Shown: one piece after another, positions 26,788-41,602 of the stretch
How positions within the stretch are numbered: the first letter of the stretch is position 1
How the letters are laid out: each line of letters starts with the position of its first letter
Assembly: GCA_951406725.2 (NCBI GenBank)
Contig: OX597822.1
Coordinates: 72,106,001-72,170,000, forward strand
DNA length: 64,000 nt
Direction of reading: 5' to 3'
Source of the DNA: Octopus vulgaris
Taxonomy: Eukaryota
Notes under the pieces: generated by a model
Database searches by the model: none
What the model was told of the DNA's origin: nothing
Seen by the model: only the letters and a program-made list of their open reading frames with translations
Translations under genes and position numbers: made by a program

Positions 26788-27049
26788 ATTTCGATTCCCA
26801 GACCGGGCGTTGTGAGTGTTTATTGAGCGAAAACACCTAAAGCTCCACGAAGCTCCAGCAGGAGGTGGTGGCGATCCCTGCTGTACTCTTTCGCCACAAC
26901 TTTCTCTCACTCTTTCTTCTGTTGGCCTGCTCGCTTAGCCAGCGGGGTGGCATCATTTGAAGGCTAAAAAAAACAATGCTAAGCGCATTGTGACCAGCGA
27001 TGTGTAGCAACATCTGATAGCCTGGTCGGTGACAGTGACAGTGACGGTG

Positions 27050-27050
<1 letters not shown>
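26788..27050 (+). mobile_element. SINE family C, 5' truncated
   Basis: Near-identical to the corresponding part of 19990-20293. Confidence 0.8.
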
Positions 27051-27093
<43 letters not shown>

Positions 27094-27479
27094 GCGGCAG
27101 GGTTCTTTCAGTTTCCGTCTACCAAAACCACTCACGTGGCTACAGTATATATTACTTACCCGAGTTGCCTCGCAGTAAGACTGAACCTGGAACCAGGTGG
27201 CTGGGAAGCAAGCTTCTAACCACTATTAGTCTATATAACTCGGCAAGAATCTTTATCTTTTTATTTCTTCACAATCTCTATTGAGCAGTCAGTTATATTT
27301 TTTATTTATTTATTTGATTGTTTAATATGTCTTAATCTATTTTTCTAAACAACAATGTCCGTGGTTATAGATTGCCAGCGTGCATTTTACAGGTTCGCAG
27401 CATTTTTGATGGCGTGGTTGTCACTAACTGACGGTGCCGCCGTGATAGGTTGGAAGTTTTAGAGAAATAGAAGACTTAC

Positions 27480-27566
27480 CTATGAGTGGCACAGCATCAG
27501 ACGTGGGAGGCATTGTCTCGGCTACCAGTAATAAGAACACCATGAGAGACAGAAGGATTGTTACTC
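27480..27566 (-). CDS. CHRNA7-like: alpha7-like nAChR, exon 8 equivalent (M2 and M2-M3 loop)
   Basis: Not in the ORF track; read directly. Acceptor acatttcag, donor G|gtaagt; 87 nt, phase 1-1; encodes GVTILLSLMVFLLLVAETMPPTSDAVPLI. Confidence 0.96.
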
Positions 27567-27915
27567 CTGAAATGTTGAAGAAGATATTGAGAGAGTGGAG
27601 GGAAGAGAGATAGATTACACAGATAGAATGTTAGATTGAGAGAGAGAGAGAGAGAGAGAGAAGGAGAGAGGGTAATGAAAGAGAAGAGGAGAGAATATAT
27701 TACGATATCTGAAATAAGCCAAAAATATCTTGTGGGTGTTAGGATGAGAAAAAAGAGTGAAAGAATGAGAGAAAGAGTAGATACACACACACCCACACGC
27801 ACACACAAATACTCATACACACAAACGCCTATACACACACATACATATACACGAACAAGTGAAAAGAACTCAGTTTAAAGAAGACTTAAAAATGTCCCTT
27901 ATACTATAGTCAAGG

Positions 27916-27917
<2 letters not shown>

Positions 27918-27975
<58 letters not shown>

Positions 27976-28215
27976 TGTGTACAGTGCTCAGGTGCACTAC
28001 AACTCATCTAAAGTGTATATATAATCAGGTGTAGTTTCGGCGGATTTCGGAAAGCATGAGGGCCTTAAAGGATGCAGTGTCATGGCAGTCAACAACTGAC
28101 GCAGGCAGTTTTTTCCATGCTTCAGCAACTCTGAGCGTGAAAAAATGTTTCCGAAAGTCATGGGAGCTGTGTTGTTTTCTGACTTTGTAGGCATGTCCAC
28201 GTGTGTTAGACACAT
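27918..28215 (-). mobile_element. CR1-clade LINE 3' end with (ATT)n tail
   Basis: NTRGHAYK...RKHFFTLRVAEAWKKLPASVV...FK matches the CR1 ORF2 C-terminal pattern; (taa)n at 27918-27975 on the + strand. Confidence 0.85.
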
Positions 28216-28516
28216 GGAGATCAAAAAGGTATATAAATGGTTACTTTAAGCTCCTTGCCTACATTCGACAAGAGTACAATCTTTATCGCTTCATCAACAT
28301 TTGTCAGACCGAGAACAAATATGGCTACTGGTAATGTGCGATAAGTCATGGTAAAATACAAAAGTATGCTAAATAATCTGAGAAAAAAGAGTAAACTGTA
28401 TGCGGAGTGATAACTCAAGTCTTTAGAAAGTTAGAATGAACCATTTGATATATCAAGAAAAGGAATTTTGGGTGAAAAAAAAATGAAATGGGAATATGCA
28501 CATACACTCACCGATA

Positions 28517-28552
<36 letters not shown>

Positions 28553-28849
28553 TGTATGTATGTATGTATGTATGTATGTATGTATGTCCATATATGCATT
28601 ATCCCTAAGGGCTATAGATATGTAAAAGAGCCATTAAAATGTAATAAAAAGGATCCGTGTGAAGAAGGTTAAAAAGAATGAAATCAAGCATGTGTTTGAA
28701 GCTAAGCGTGGCAAAAGAGGGATTTTTTTTACTAAAATAGAATATATCTTATCTTCGTGAGTGTATTCTGATACATATTTCATTTCTGATGTTCAGGAAA
28801 ATTCCCGAATGTTTTAGTCTATAAAATATATGTACATAGATCAGTCATG

Positions 28850-29075
28850 CAGTGTAAAATATTAATGTACGAAGTGCAAGCATATCAATCATATAGTTGA
28901 AAAGAAACATTACATGGATATGGCTGAAAGTAAATTCAAGCAAAGGTTTTATAATCACAGCACATCCTTCAGAAACATCGACAAGAGGTATTCCACGATG
29001 TTAGTCAATAACATTTGAACACGAAAATAGCTAAACGCTGAACACAACACTGGGTGGAAGATCCTTGAAAAATGG
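28850..29075 (+). mobile_element. Penelope-like element GIY-YIG endonuclease remnant
   Basis: From 28902: KKHYMDMAESKFKQRFYNHSTSFRNIDKRYSTMLVNNI*TRK*LNAEHNTGWKILEK, matching the PLE YIG..FK.R..NH..SF..ST.L...W pattern. Confidence 0.75.
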
Positions 29076-29970
29076 GAACTATACGTCAACGAATCAAGGA
29101 AGGGATAAACATTTTATACAGATTAACAATCTCTGAAAATTACTTGAGCATCAGACAGATGATGATGAGGATAATGTTTAACAACGACGACGATGATGAT
29201 GAAAATATTCAGTGTGACGATGTTGTAATGATACTAGGGATGATGGTAATGATAATGATGATGATGACGATGATAATGATGAAGACGATGATGATGATTG
29301 TGATGAGCGTAACAGACAGGAGACACAAAAGACAAATTAATAAAATACCCTTAAATATCAAATGTGTGTACTTATGTCTGCATGTCTGTATGTACGTATG
29401 TATATTTATGTATAAGAGACAGAGAAGTAGAAAGAAAGGAGGGGTGACAAGATATATATATATATATATATATAATGTGTGAGATATAGATTGTATGAAC
29501 GTAGACACAAACACACATGCTTACAAATGTGTAATATATTTTAAACCATACATACACACGCTCCATCACAAATACACACTCACACACATATATATACATA
29601 CAATACACACTTACATAAACACCCACTCACATACATACATACATATCTATATACACACATACTCCCACCCAACATAAATAAACGTATATACAACGAAAAA
29701 CTAGAGAAAATGGTGGGGGTGGGGTGGGGTGAGGGGAAAACAAGCAAAATCGAAATTTCACAAAAATCAAAATGGAAAAATAAAATAATAATCCGAAAGA
29801 AACTTTATATTATTTTGCTGTTGATAAATATAATTATGGTCAGTTTTATATTTTTATGTCAAGTCCGATAGGTGAGACTAAGGAAGTGGAGGCGGGAATG
29901 ACGAAACAGTTCATTGTTGTCGTCTGCAACCGCAACTTTTACATCTCTCTTTACATTCCCCTACCTCATT

Positions 29971-30067
<97 letters not shown>

Positions 30068-30508
30068 TTTCTTTCTTTCTTTCTTTCTTCCTGTCTTTCT
30101 TTCTTTCTTTCTTTCTTATTAGCTTTAGCTCCTCCTCTTTCTGTCTTCTTTAGCTTCCCCTTTTCAACTCGGTTTCTATCTTTTTCTCCTTATATCTAGT
30201 CATCACTCTCTCTCTCCTTACATCTAGTTATCACTCTCTCTCACTCTCCCTCCCACTCTTTGTATTCGATCTCCTTCTGTCTTTAATTTCCTCCCATTTA
30301 GTCTTTCATCCTGTCTTTCCCCCACTTTCTCTCTCGGACCACGCTATCTCTAACTCCGAAATTCTATTCCCCCCACTCTTCATAATCTCTCTCTATTCCT
30401 AACTCTCCTTCTACCATTCATTCTTTTCACTGTTCTTCTTCTTCTTCTTCTTCTTCTTCTTCTTCTTCTTCTTCTTCTTCTTCTTCTTCTTCTCCTTCTT
30501 CTTCTTCT

Positions 30509-30540
<32 letters not shown>

Positions 30541-30713
30541 CTCACTGAACTTCTCTCCTCTCCAGATAATTTCATTCTTTGTTCTCTCTCTCCCTCTCTC
30601 TCTCTCAACATCAGTTGTTATCTCTACCTGTCTCTCTATATATCTATTTCTTACTCTCTTTCACCCCTCCCTCTCTTTTGTTCTCCTCTTCCTCCTCCTC
30701 CTCCTTTTGTATC

Positions 30714-30758
<45 letters not shown>

Positions 30759-31391
30759 AATACTTTTCTTCGCCAAATCTGCCGAGCAAGAGTTCTGCGG
30801 ATATTTTTTTATCCCTTCCTCTTTCTATCCCTTTTCCCCTCTCCCACTTCATTCACTGACTCTCTCTACCTCAAACACAATCTCTACACTGTCCTCTGTT
30901 CCCCCCCCCCCACCTCTTCCTCTTCCTACCATAGAATCACATCACTTCGCTAGTTGTTACACGGCATCTATTTATTATTATCAACCTTCAGGCTGTTTCC
31001 TCTTCTAGAATATTCTAACTTCTGAAATGAATGTTTGGCTGAAACAATCGATTTTTTTTCCTTCTGTAAGTTGATGGCGTTGGGTGGAGGGTGGATGACG
31101 AGAGAAAGAGCGAGCGAGCGAGAGTGAGAGCGAGAAAGAAAGAAAGAGAGAAAGAGCGAGGGGTGGGGGGAAGGAAGGATCGATCGTCTGTTTTGGTTAA
31201 AGCCTAGCTTTTCTCTTATATATTGATTTCGGTGGTTTAGCTCCATCTTATAAGTGGTCACAGCCCATATAGAGAGTAGTACGAGATTTCCATACACATG
31301 TGCATATATCTGCGTACGTATGTGTGTACGTACATACGTACGTATGTATGTCTGTATATACGTATGTATGAATTGCCTGTATATTTGTATG

Positions 31392-31430
<39 letters not shown>

Positions 31431-31752
31431 GAATGTACGCATATATATTTGTATGTATGTATATTTGTGCTATGCATAGGAATATTTATATGTGAAAAAT
31501 CTTAGTTTCTCTCAAAGTATGCTGTACATAAGCATATATGTATGAATGTATGTGTGTGCAAATATATATGCATTTATGCATATATAACTATAGTGCATAT
31601 ATAGGTGCGTATAGGTATGTATATATGCATATGTATATGAATACACATACACTCATACACACGCATAAATACACTAGCACACACGCCACATATACATTTA
31701 AATATTTTAGCTATTCTAATAATATAGTATGATATATATAATACTATATTTG

Positions 31753-31868
<116 letters not shown>

Positions 31869-31892
31869 CATACATATATACATATATATACA

Positions 31893-31964
<72 letters not shown>

Positions 31965-32473
31965 CATACACACACAAATATATATAGACATGCAAATATA
32001 TATAGATACACACACATACACACACATCTATGCGTATATTTATGTATAAACATATTTGCTGATATACACAGAACTGTCTTCTAGTTCTCTGTTTTCCTCT
32101 AATACACACACACACACACACATACACTCATGCATACCTTCATACTCAGGGACATACACACGCATACATACAAACGTTTGTGTGTCATAAAACAGTTATT
32201 AAATGATGTAGTCTGTAACAATACAAAGCAAATATATATCCAAATAAATAAATATCATGAATGCATTATTTAATATATTTAACTTATTTTAATGTATTCG
32301 CCTTGAGATTTTTTTTTAAAATTCTGTGAGACGACATAGCATTCATTTGTATTTCCCTAAGTTGGTCGTTTATTAACTCCTCGATAGAATTCTTCAAAAC
32401 TATAACAAATACATATACACACATAAACACCCAAATACATATATATATTTGCGGGTAGATATAAAGGTATATT

Positions 32474-32540
<67 letters not shown>

Positions 32541-32585
32541 GCATACACATACACAGACATATATATATATACATATACATACACA

Positions 32586-32661
<76 letters not shown>

Positions 32662-32764
32662 TTATCTATCTATCTAACTATCTATTTATCTATCTACGTA
32701 TATAGATTTATGAATCATGTATCCTGATACCAGTATGTATATATGTACGCGTATATATGTACGC

Positions 32765-32810
<46 letters not shown>

Positions 32811-34082
32811 GTATATATTTATGTATATATAAATATATATATGTATATATATATACATAGATACACACATAGATACAAACATCCACCCATTCATCAATCC
32901 AGTCATACATATGTATATGTATGTATATAAGTATGTATATGTATACATACATACATACACACATATATACATGTATGCATACATATATATATATATTTAC
33001 ATATAAAACACATGTTAAAGCGCAGAAAAATGTTTAAATCATTTAATGGTGTGTCTCGAAGCGGACAGACCTACAAACAATAGTTTATAAGATATCCACC
33101 GAGTTAATAGCACGCCCCTTAGATAAAATGGCTAAAAGCTACCCTTAGAACCTGAACGACATAACGTCTGGTTTGTGTAATGCGGTTAGCCCCTGGCCTT
33201 CTTCCCATGCGGTCGAGTGGGGTTTGGTCCGATATATTATTACATTTAGAAATTATTCATTCATAGTAAGGTTAGCTTCGAGATAGCTGACATCCATCCA
33301 TCTATATGCGTGCGTGTGTGTGCGTGTGTATGTGTGTTTGTGTGTGGGTGTATGTGTTAGTGTGTGTGTTGAGCCCTTGGACTCATAAAGCCGGTTAATC
33401 TTGAATGGGACACAGGTCCGCGGCAGGGTCTAAGGCCAGCAATTTTGAATGGAAGGTACAAGTCGATTTCATCGACTCCAGTACTCACAGGAACTGAAGA
33501 AATGAAAAGTAACCTGGACCTCGGCAGGATTTGATCTCAGAACGTTTGTAGCCGAAAGAAATGGCGCTAAGCGTTTTGTCTGACGTGCTTAACGATTTTT
33601 CCTGATTACCAAATATGTATGTATGTGTGTGTGTGTGTGTTTATGTATGTATGTTTGTATTATTTATGTATGTATGTATGTATGTATGTATGTATGTATG
33701 TATGTATGTATGTATGTATGTATGTATGTGTGTTTGCATGCACACACAGATACAGACACACACTCACATATAAATGTATATATGCGTGTATACATGAATG
33801 CAGGTCTTAATGTGGTTGATCAATGGAATGGTAAAATGGTATTTCCCATGCACATACAATGCTAAATTAGGAAATCACTTGAAACAAACAGGGAAATTAT
33901 ACATAAAACAACGCATGAATTATGCAGACACTTTACTGATTGGTGATTTAGCGAATCATTCACATCCAACCGCAATAACACTTCGCCAACAACGATACCA
34001 CATAAAATCCACGCAGATAAATCTAATACCGACCTACTTACACACGTACATACATACATGAATACGTTTATACATACGAAGA

Positions 34083-34529
34083 AGGCGGCGAGCTGGTAGA
34101 AACGTTAGCACGCCGGGCGAAATGCTTAGTGGTATTTCGTCTGCGGTTACGTTCTGAGTTCAAATTCCGCCGAGGTCGACTTTGCCTTTCATTCTTTCGA
34201 TGTCGATAAATTAAGTACCTATTTCTTTATTACCCACAAGGGGCTAAACATAGAGGGGACAAACAAGGACAGACATAGGTATTAAGTCGATTACATCGAC
34301 CCCAGTGCGTAACTGGTACTTAATTTATCGACCCCGAAAGGATGGAAGGCAAAGTCGACCTCGGCGGAATTTGAGCTCACAACGTAACGACAAGCGAAAT
34401 ACCGTTAAGCATTTCGCCTGGCGTGCTAACGATTCTGCCAGCTCTCCGCCTTCGATAAATTAAGTACCAGTTTGTTTGTCCTTGTTTGTCCCCCTCTGTG
34501 TTTAGCCCCTTGTGGGTAGTAAAGAGATA
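34083..34529 (+). mobile_element. SINE family A with a second antisense family A copy nested (about 34220-34451)
   Basis: Inner TSD tcgataaattaagtacc; outer imperfect TSD gt.t.tacatacgaaga. Confidence 0.85.
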
Positions 34530-34539
34530 GTATGTACAT

Positions 34540-34760
34540 ACGAAGAGACGCTAAAAAGTTCCTGGTTTTAAGAGTATCGCGAAAGGGCTGGATGGAGGCT
34601 CAATCTTCCGAGTTCTTTTATGGAGCTTAGAAAAAACTGAAGGACAGCTGCAATAAGTGTGTAAACCTGAGATAGGAATATGTTGAATAAAATCATAATT
34701 AACTGAGCCTCTTATAATTTCTTTTACCCAAAACCAGGAACTTTTCAGCATCCTCTTCTA
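34540..34760. mobile_element. Mariner-derived MITE
   Basis: TIRs ...GCTAAAAAGTTCCTGGTTTT and AAAACCAGGAACTTTTCAGCA; internal remnant NKCVNLR*EYVE* of a mariner C-terminus. Confidence 0.75.
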
Positions 34761-35088
34761 CACGCATCCACAAAAACACATATATTTATGCATACATTTG
34801 CTGTCTAGCAATCTGCCTGTGTGGTAAGTAGTTTGTTTTCTAACCACATAGTTCCGAGTTCAGGTCCCACTGTGTGGTACGTTGGGCAAGAATCTTCTAC
34901 TATAACTTTAAACCAACAAAAGAGTAGTGGTACAACAAAGCACCAATATTTACTGGAAATAGCAGTCGATACATTTACTACGCTATAGTAAAGCTTCAGT
35001 GTGCATATACTGGTAAAGTTGTGTGAAGGCAGCAAACACAAAAAAATTTGCCTTACACATTATATAAATGGATAACCCATAATCGGAT

Positions 35089-35163
35089 AATCCAGTACCT
35101 AGGTTTCGGACTCTTCAAATACGTTTATCATCGTAAATTTGATTAGTCTTCATCAGCTGGATT
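35089..35163 (-). ncRNA. Minimal type I hammerhead ribozyme (Penelope-type)
   Basis: AAUCCAG CUGAUGA a GACU..loop..AGUC c GAAA CCUAGG UA CUGGAUU: 7-bp stem I, intact core, palindromic stem III, GUA cleavage triplet. Confidence 0.8.
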
Positions 35164-35292
35164 TACCTGGACAATATTTCCAATGTTGCTACATCTATGC
35201 CAGTATACTTACCTGAACGTTTCTATGAATAATAAAATATTGCAATACAAATGTATTACTTTCCAGTAAAATAAAGCACCGTGAAGGTAGAA

Positions 35293-35327
<35 letters not shown>

Positions 35328-35515
35328 TATATACGTGTGTGTGTGTGAAGGCGCATGGCTAGTGGTGTGGAGAGGGGAGGCCGATATGCATGGGCGACTG
35401 CTGGCCTTTCACAAACAACCTTGCCCGGATCTGTGCCTCGGAGGGTAACTTTCTAGGTGCAATCCCATGGTCATTCATGACCGAAGCGGGTGTCCTCCAC
35501 ACACACACGCGCACA

Positions 35516-35557
<42 letters not shown>

Positions 35558-35996
35558 TATGCATTGTTTCGTGATATAATTCAACAAAGAGAGTACTCCA
35601 TCCGACGAGTCAAATATTTCTGTTTAAGGGTCACAGTACATAGGTGTATATATAAAGGTATAAATATAAGAAATGTTGGGAATGTAAAAAATCATAAAAT
35701 CTATACTTACACCAAGACATTTTTATATTTACATTTTTACCTTATATTTTATACATTTACATTTCATATACACTTTTACTCTCCTTATGCAATTTACATT
35801 TAATTTACATTTAATTTCGTAGATTAATTACATTTACATCAGTTTTTCCTTGGGGCTGGCCATATTGGAACAATCTCAAGTATAATCAGCCGAAATTGCG
35901 AAGATAACCTAGTACTTGACTGAGGAAAGAAAGCTTCGACTAACCCGTCCTTGTTTTCTTTGTATCGTCTATCTAGATGTTTTGTTGTCCCATTTT

Positions 35997-36102
<106 letters not shown>

Positions 36103-36545
36103 TAAACTTTGATTGGTTTCAGCCATTATCGGCCGAGGCCATAACTAACTCAATAGCACCCGGGACACCATGGATCACTCAAACAGAGTTGTTGCTGGTT
36201 GACACAATATATGTATGTGTGTGTGTGTGTACGTGTATTTGGGTATGTGTTTGTCTGTCACTACTACTTGACACCCGGTGTTGGTGTGTTTATGTCCCCG
36301 TAACTTATTTGTTCGTCAAAAAGAGAGCGGCAGAATAAATATCAGGTTTAGAAAAAAATAACAACTACTGGGGTCGAAACGTTCGACTAAAATTCTTCAA
36401 CGTAGTGCCCCAGCATGGTCGCAGTGAAATGAATGAGACACGTAAAAGATAAAAAAACCATAAAAATATGCATATACGTGCTAATTGCGTCTGCCCTATA
36501 TATATATATATATATATACTTTATTTTAAGCAGCAGAAAATTCAA

Positions 36546-36595
36546 CAAAATCTGTTACTCTGAGTTTCTCGTTGCCGTTCATCAGACAGTTTTTG
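36546..36595 (-). ncRNA. Minimal type I hammerhead ribozyme
   Basis: CAAAAACUGU CUGAUGA aCG GCAA CGa GAAA CUCAGAG UA ACAGAUUUUG: stem I, intact core, short stem II with GNRA loop, quasi-palindromic stem III, GUA triplet. Confidence 0.75.
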
Positions 36596-36817
36596 CTAGA
36601 ATGGAACATATATAAAGGCTCCTATGAGCATACATAATTCAGCCCCGTCGTATGCCCCCATCGGTACATCGAAAAGAGAATCCTCAGTCTTCTTAATCCA
36701 GGTGGATGGATAGAGTATATATTTTGTATTTTGATTTTTTGATTTTGATTTTGACTCTTGAGCGCTACAACGGACCTATAGCAAAGTCTTATTGTTTCTA
36801 CATATATATTAGGAAAA

Positions 36818-36871
<54 letters not shown>

Positions 36872-37277
36872 ATTATATATATAAATAAATCGTTTTTCGA
36901 GTGGGTGGATCTCGAAGTAGATAAAGCTATAAGTAATAGCGTGTAAATAATGTCTTATAAAAACCCCTGGATGGTAAAAATCGATGGGACTCGACGTCAA
37001 ATCATCTGTAAACATGACAGACTTTCTACGATTGTACTAAAGCATTCCTTTAAATTTTTCCATCAATGCATATGTGAATATGTATGTATATAAATATGCA
37101 TGTATGTATGTATGTATGTATGTATGTATGTATGTATGTATGTATGTATGTATGTATGTACATGATGGATGTATGTATATACATGTATGTATCTATCTAA
37201 ATGTATAGTTATGTGGTACTTATAAAAGAATGTGTGTAAAATCTATTTACATAATGTAACTATATATGTGTATATAT

Positions 37278-37444
37278 ATGTGGCTGTGTGGTAAGTAGCT
37301 TGCTAACCAGCCACATGGTTCCGGGTTCAGTCCCACTGCGTGGCATCTTGGGCAAGTGTCTTCTGCTATAGCCCCGGGCCGACCAATGCCTTGTGAGTGG
37401 ATTTGGTAGTAGGAAACTGAAAGAAGCCTGTCGTATATATGTAT

Positions 37445-37484
<40 letters not shown>

Positions 37485-37690
37485 TTGTGTGTCTGTGTTT
37501 GTCCCCCTAGCATTGCTTGACGACCGATGCTGGTGTGTTTACGTCCCCGTCACTTAGCGGTTCGGCAAGGGAGAGCGATAGAATAAGTACTGGGCTTACA
37601 AAGAATAAGTCTCAGGGTCGATTTGCTCGACTAAAGGTGGTGCTCCAGCATGGCCGCAGTCAAATGACTGAAACAAGTAAAAGAGTAAAC
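37278..37690 (+). mobile_element. SINE family B, full length
   Basis: Head, internal (TA/TG)n, tail GACTGAAACAAGTAAAAGAG. Confidence 0.85.
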
Positions 37691-37777
37691 GAGTATATAT
37701 AGCGGCGTACGTACACTTTGTTCTCTTATATACATACACACACACACACACACACACATACATACACACACACACAA

Positions 37778-37836
<59 letters not shown>

Positions 37837-37837
37837 G

Positions 37838-38609
37838 GTGCAGGAGTGGCTGTGTGGTAAGAAGCTTGCTTTTCAACCACATTGTTCCGGGTTCAGTCCC
37901 ACTGCATGGCACCAAGGGCAAGTGTGTTCTACTATAGCCTCATGCCGACCAAAGCCTTGTGAGTGGATATGGTAGACCGAAACTGAAGAAGCCCGTCGTA
38001 TATATATATAGAACAAGTAGGAGGAACGAACTCATACCCCTCTAATATCCGGTTGGAATGCTCTATCATTTAAGCTAAACTGCCTGACAGGTAAATTCTT
38101 CTGCTAATTTATAAGTTATAGAGTTATCCAGAAACGCTAGATGTCGTATAGGTTACGTCCTATGTAAACAAACATATATGTATATGTTTGTGTTTCCCTG
38201 TTTGTCCCCCACCATTGCTTGACAACCGATGTTGGTGTGTTTGCGTACCTGTAACTTAGCGGTTCAGCAAGAGAAACCGATAGAATGAGCACTAAGCTTA
38301 CAAAGAATAAGTCTTGGGGGTCGATTTGTTCGACCAAAGTCGGTGCTCCAGCGTGGCTGCAGTCAAATCACTGAAACAAGCAAAAGAATAAAAGAATATA
38401 TATCTTTAAGCTTCCCTTTATAATTGTTTCAATTATTGTACTGTGGCCGTGCTGGGGTAGTGCTTTCAAGGGTTTAGATGAACAAATCGACCCCAGTCTA
38501 TCTTTTTTATCTTAAAGGGTGGTACTTATTTTACAGGTACCTTTTTCCGAACCGCTAGGTTACGGGGATGCAGACAGATGAACGCAAGTTGCTAAGCGGG
38601 AAACACACA

Positions 38610-38691
<82 letters not shown>

Positions 38692-38900
38692 ATACACACA
38701 CACACACAAACACACACAAACGAGCGCGCGGTAAATATATACACGACAGGCATCTTTTCCTTCAGCTTCTGTCTCCCAAATCGACCCACTAAAAATTTGG
38801 TTCGCCCAGTGCTCTTGTAGAAGATACCTACCCAAGGTGCTACGTTGTGGAACTGAACCCGAGACCGTTTGGTTGGAAAGCCAATTTCTTACTACACAGC
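37838..38900. mobile_element. Cluster of SINE family B copies (+ 37838-38396 interrupted; - 38424-38900)
   Basis: Family B blocks in both orientations, tail to tail. Confidence 0.75.
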
Positions 38901-38904
38901 CTGG

Positions 38905-39035
<131 letters not shown>

Positions 39036-39631
39036 CATATATATATATGTATGTATATATATACATATATATAGGTATATGTATGTATGCATGTATATAT
39101 GAACCTATCAATCTATCTAGCTAGCTAGCTATCAGCCATTTTAATACACCCTCTAACACACACACACGCACACACACACACGCACACACACACACATGAA
39201 TGTGCGTGAATATATGTATATCTGTATACACACATACACACGCACATATTTATATAATGAGAGAAACAGAATGAAGGAGATAGAGAGTGATTGAGAGTGA
39301 GAGAGAGTGAAAGAGGTGTGTGTTTGTGCCTGTGTGTCTGTGTGTGTATTACAATTTGAGTAATACACAGGTCGGCAAAATTGCTATTCGATCTTCGCAT
39401 GAAGAATGCTTTTAGTAACAGATTTTTTGTTGTGATTAAGCGACATTTTGATTTAAAAAGGGAAAGAAAAAAACTTCTAATAAGCATATAGATTTCTCTT
39501 ATCTATTCGTACAAGCTATTCACACCTACTCTACAACACCAAACACAGTCGGAACAGCAGCAGTAGTAACAGAAACATCTAGAACCACACTGCACTGAGT
39601 TTGCGCTTAGTGTGTATGTGTGTGTATATAA

Positions 39632-39708
<77 letters not shown>

Positions 39709-40056
39709 CTCTCTCTCTCTCTCTCCATCTCTCTCTCTCTATATATATATATGTATGCATGTATATATATATATATTCATGTATGATTGCTTGCTCTCTG
39801 TCTGTCGGTCCGTCTGTCTGTCTGTCTATCTAGCTCACTTTTTCGGTGCCTGTCTTACACAGTCACAAATACACACATATATACACACATCACACACAAG
39901 GCACATTGCAGTTTGTTATTGAATTATATTTATATACATATATACATATAAAACACACACTCGCACACACACATATATATGCACATATACATACATGTAT
40001 ACAGACATACATATATGTATATATATAAGAATGTTTGTATATATGTGTGTTTAACA

Positions 40057-40240
<184 letters not shown>

Positions 40241-40379
40241 AATCACTGTATACGCTGTCTCTCTATCTGTCTCTGTTGCACACTCATGTACAGTTTGCTA
40301 TTGGTTTGTTACATATGGGAGCTGAATCGACATCGATTTTCATGTATTTGGTATTTCATATTTTAGTTTTACTACACTC

Positions 40380-40822
40380 AATCTGACAGTTAACCCACTG
40401 TCAGACCTCACACGGTCTCTGAGTCGCTCCACATTTTCGTCAATTCGTGAAGCTGGTGGACTTCCTGACCGAGAGTGATTTTTAATGGACACTTGGTCTT
40501 CTAAAAAATGGTTCGAACCATCTGAAAACTTGTGCTCTTCATAAAGTAGTCACCCTGTATTTCTGTTGAAGTTTTGCACAAGTTTCAACGGCATTGTATC
40601 CGAGTTTGAAACAAAAAATTGATGGCATAGCGTTGCTCATAATTCTGCTCGCTCATTTTCAGGACACAAAATTAAATCACTTCGCAAAACGTGCACTGAC
40701 AGGTCACCTGTTAACGCCACGTGGTTGCTGCTTGAAATCGGAAACGATGTAAAGGGGAACCCCACAGTGATGCCAGATCGAACTCTATTTCACTAGTCTC
40801 ATTACTTTATTTACAGACCCCC
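40380..40822 (-). mobile_element. Mariner 5' remnant (N-terminal HTH + TIR)
   Basis: EQRYAINF/CFKLGYNAVET...RAQVFRWF...RSGSP...ENVERLRDRVRSD; terminus GGGGTCTGTAAATAAAGTAATGAGACT. Confidence 0.75.
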
Positions 40823-41284
40823 CTCTCTCTCTTTCTCTCTCACACACACACATATGTATGTATATATATATTTAAAGCTAGTGCTTCATCCTGCCTATAT
40901 TTAGATTGAACGAATGTGGTTATTAAGCTTTCACATTTATATTATACTATGGAAGACTGTAGGGAATATTTTTGTATGACTTAAAGGTTTGGTCACTGTT
41001 TAGTTACGTATTTAGGAGCTGGTTATAAATTTACTTATTGAATTTATTTACAGATTCTGTTGTACATAGGGTAAATGTGTTTGAAAGTTGTGGCGTCTTT
41101 GGTATGTTTATTCCCAAACAACACTTATTTTAGTGCTGTTGACGACGCCGGATTGAATGGTACTGCCTAGGTGTCGAAATCACAATGATATCCGTGGAGC
41201 AGCTGATGATGGAGGTATGTTGGATTGTTGGTATGATTGTTTTTGAATATGTGGAATAGTATTATACACATCGTTTTGGTGCAT

Positions 41285-41332
<48 letters not shown>

Positions 41333-41379
41333 GATTGATTGATTGATTGATTGATTCTAGTTTCAGCTTATGAGCTGTG

Positions 41380-41447
<68 letters not shown>

Positions 41448-41511
41448 CATATATACATACATACATATATACATATATATACATATATACATACATACAT
41501 ACATACATACA

Positions 41512-41597
<86 letters not shown>

Positions 41598-41602
41598 TAT
41601 AT

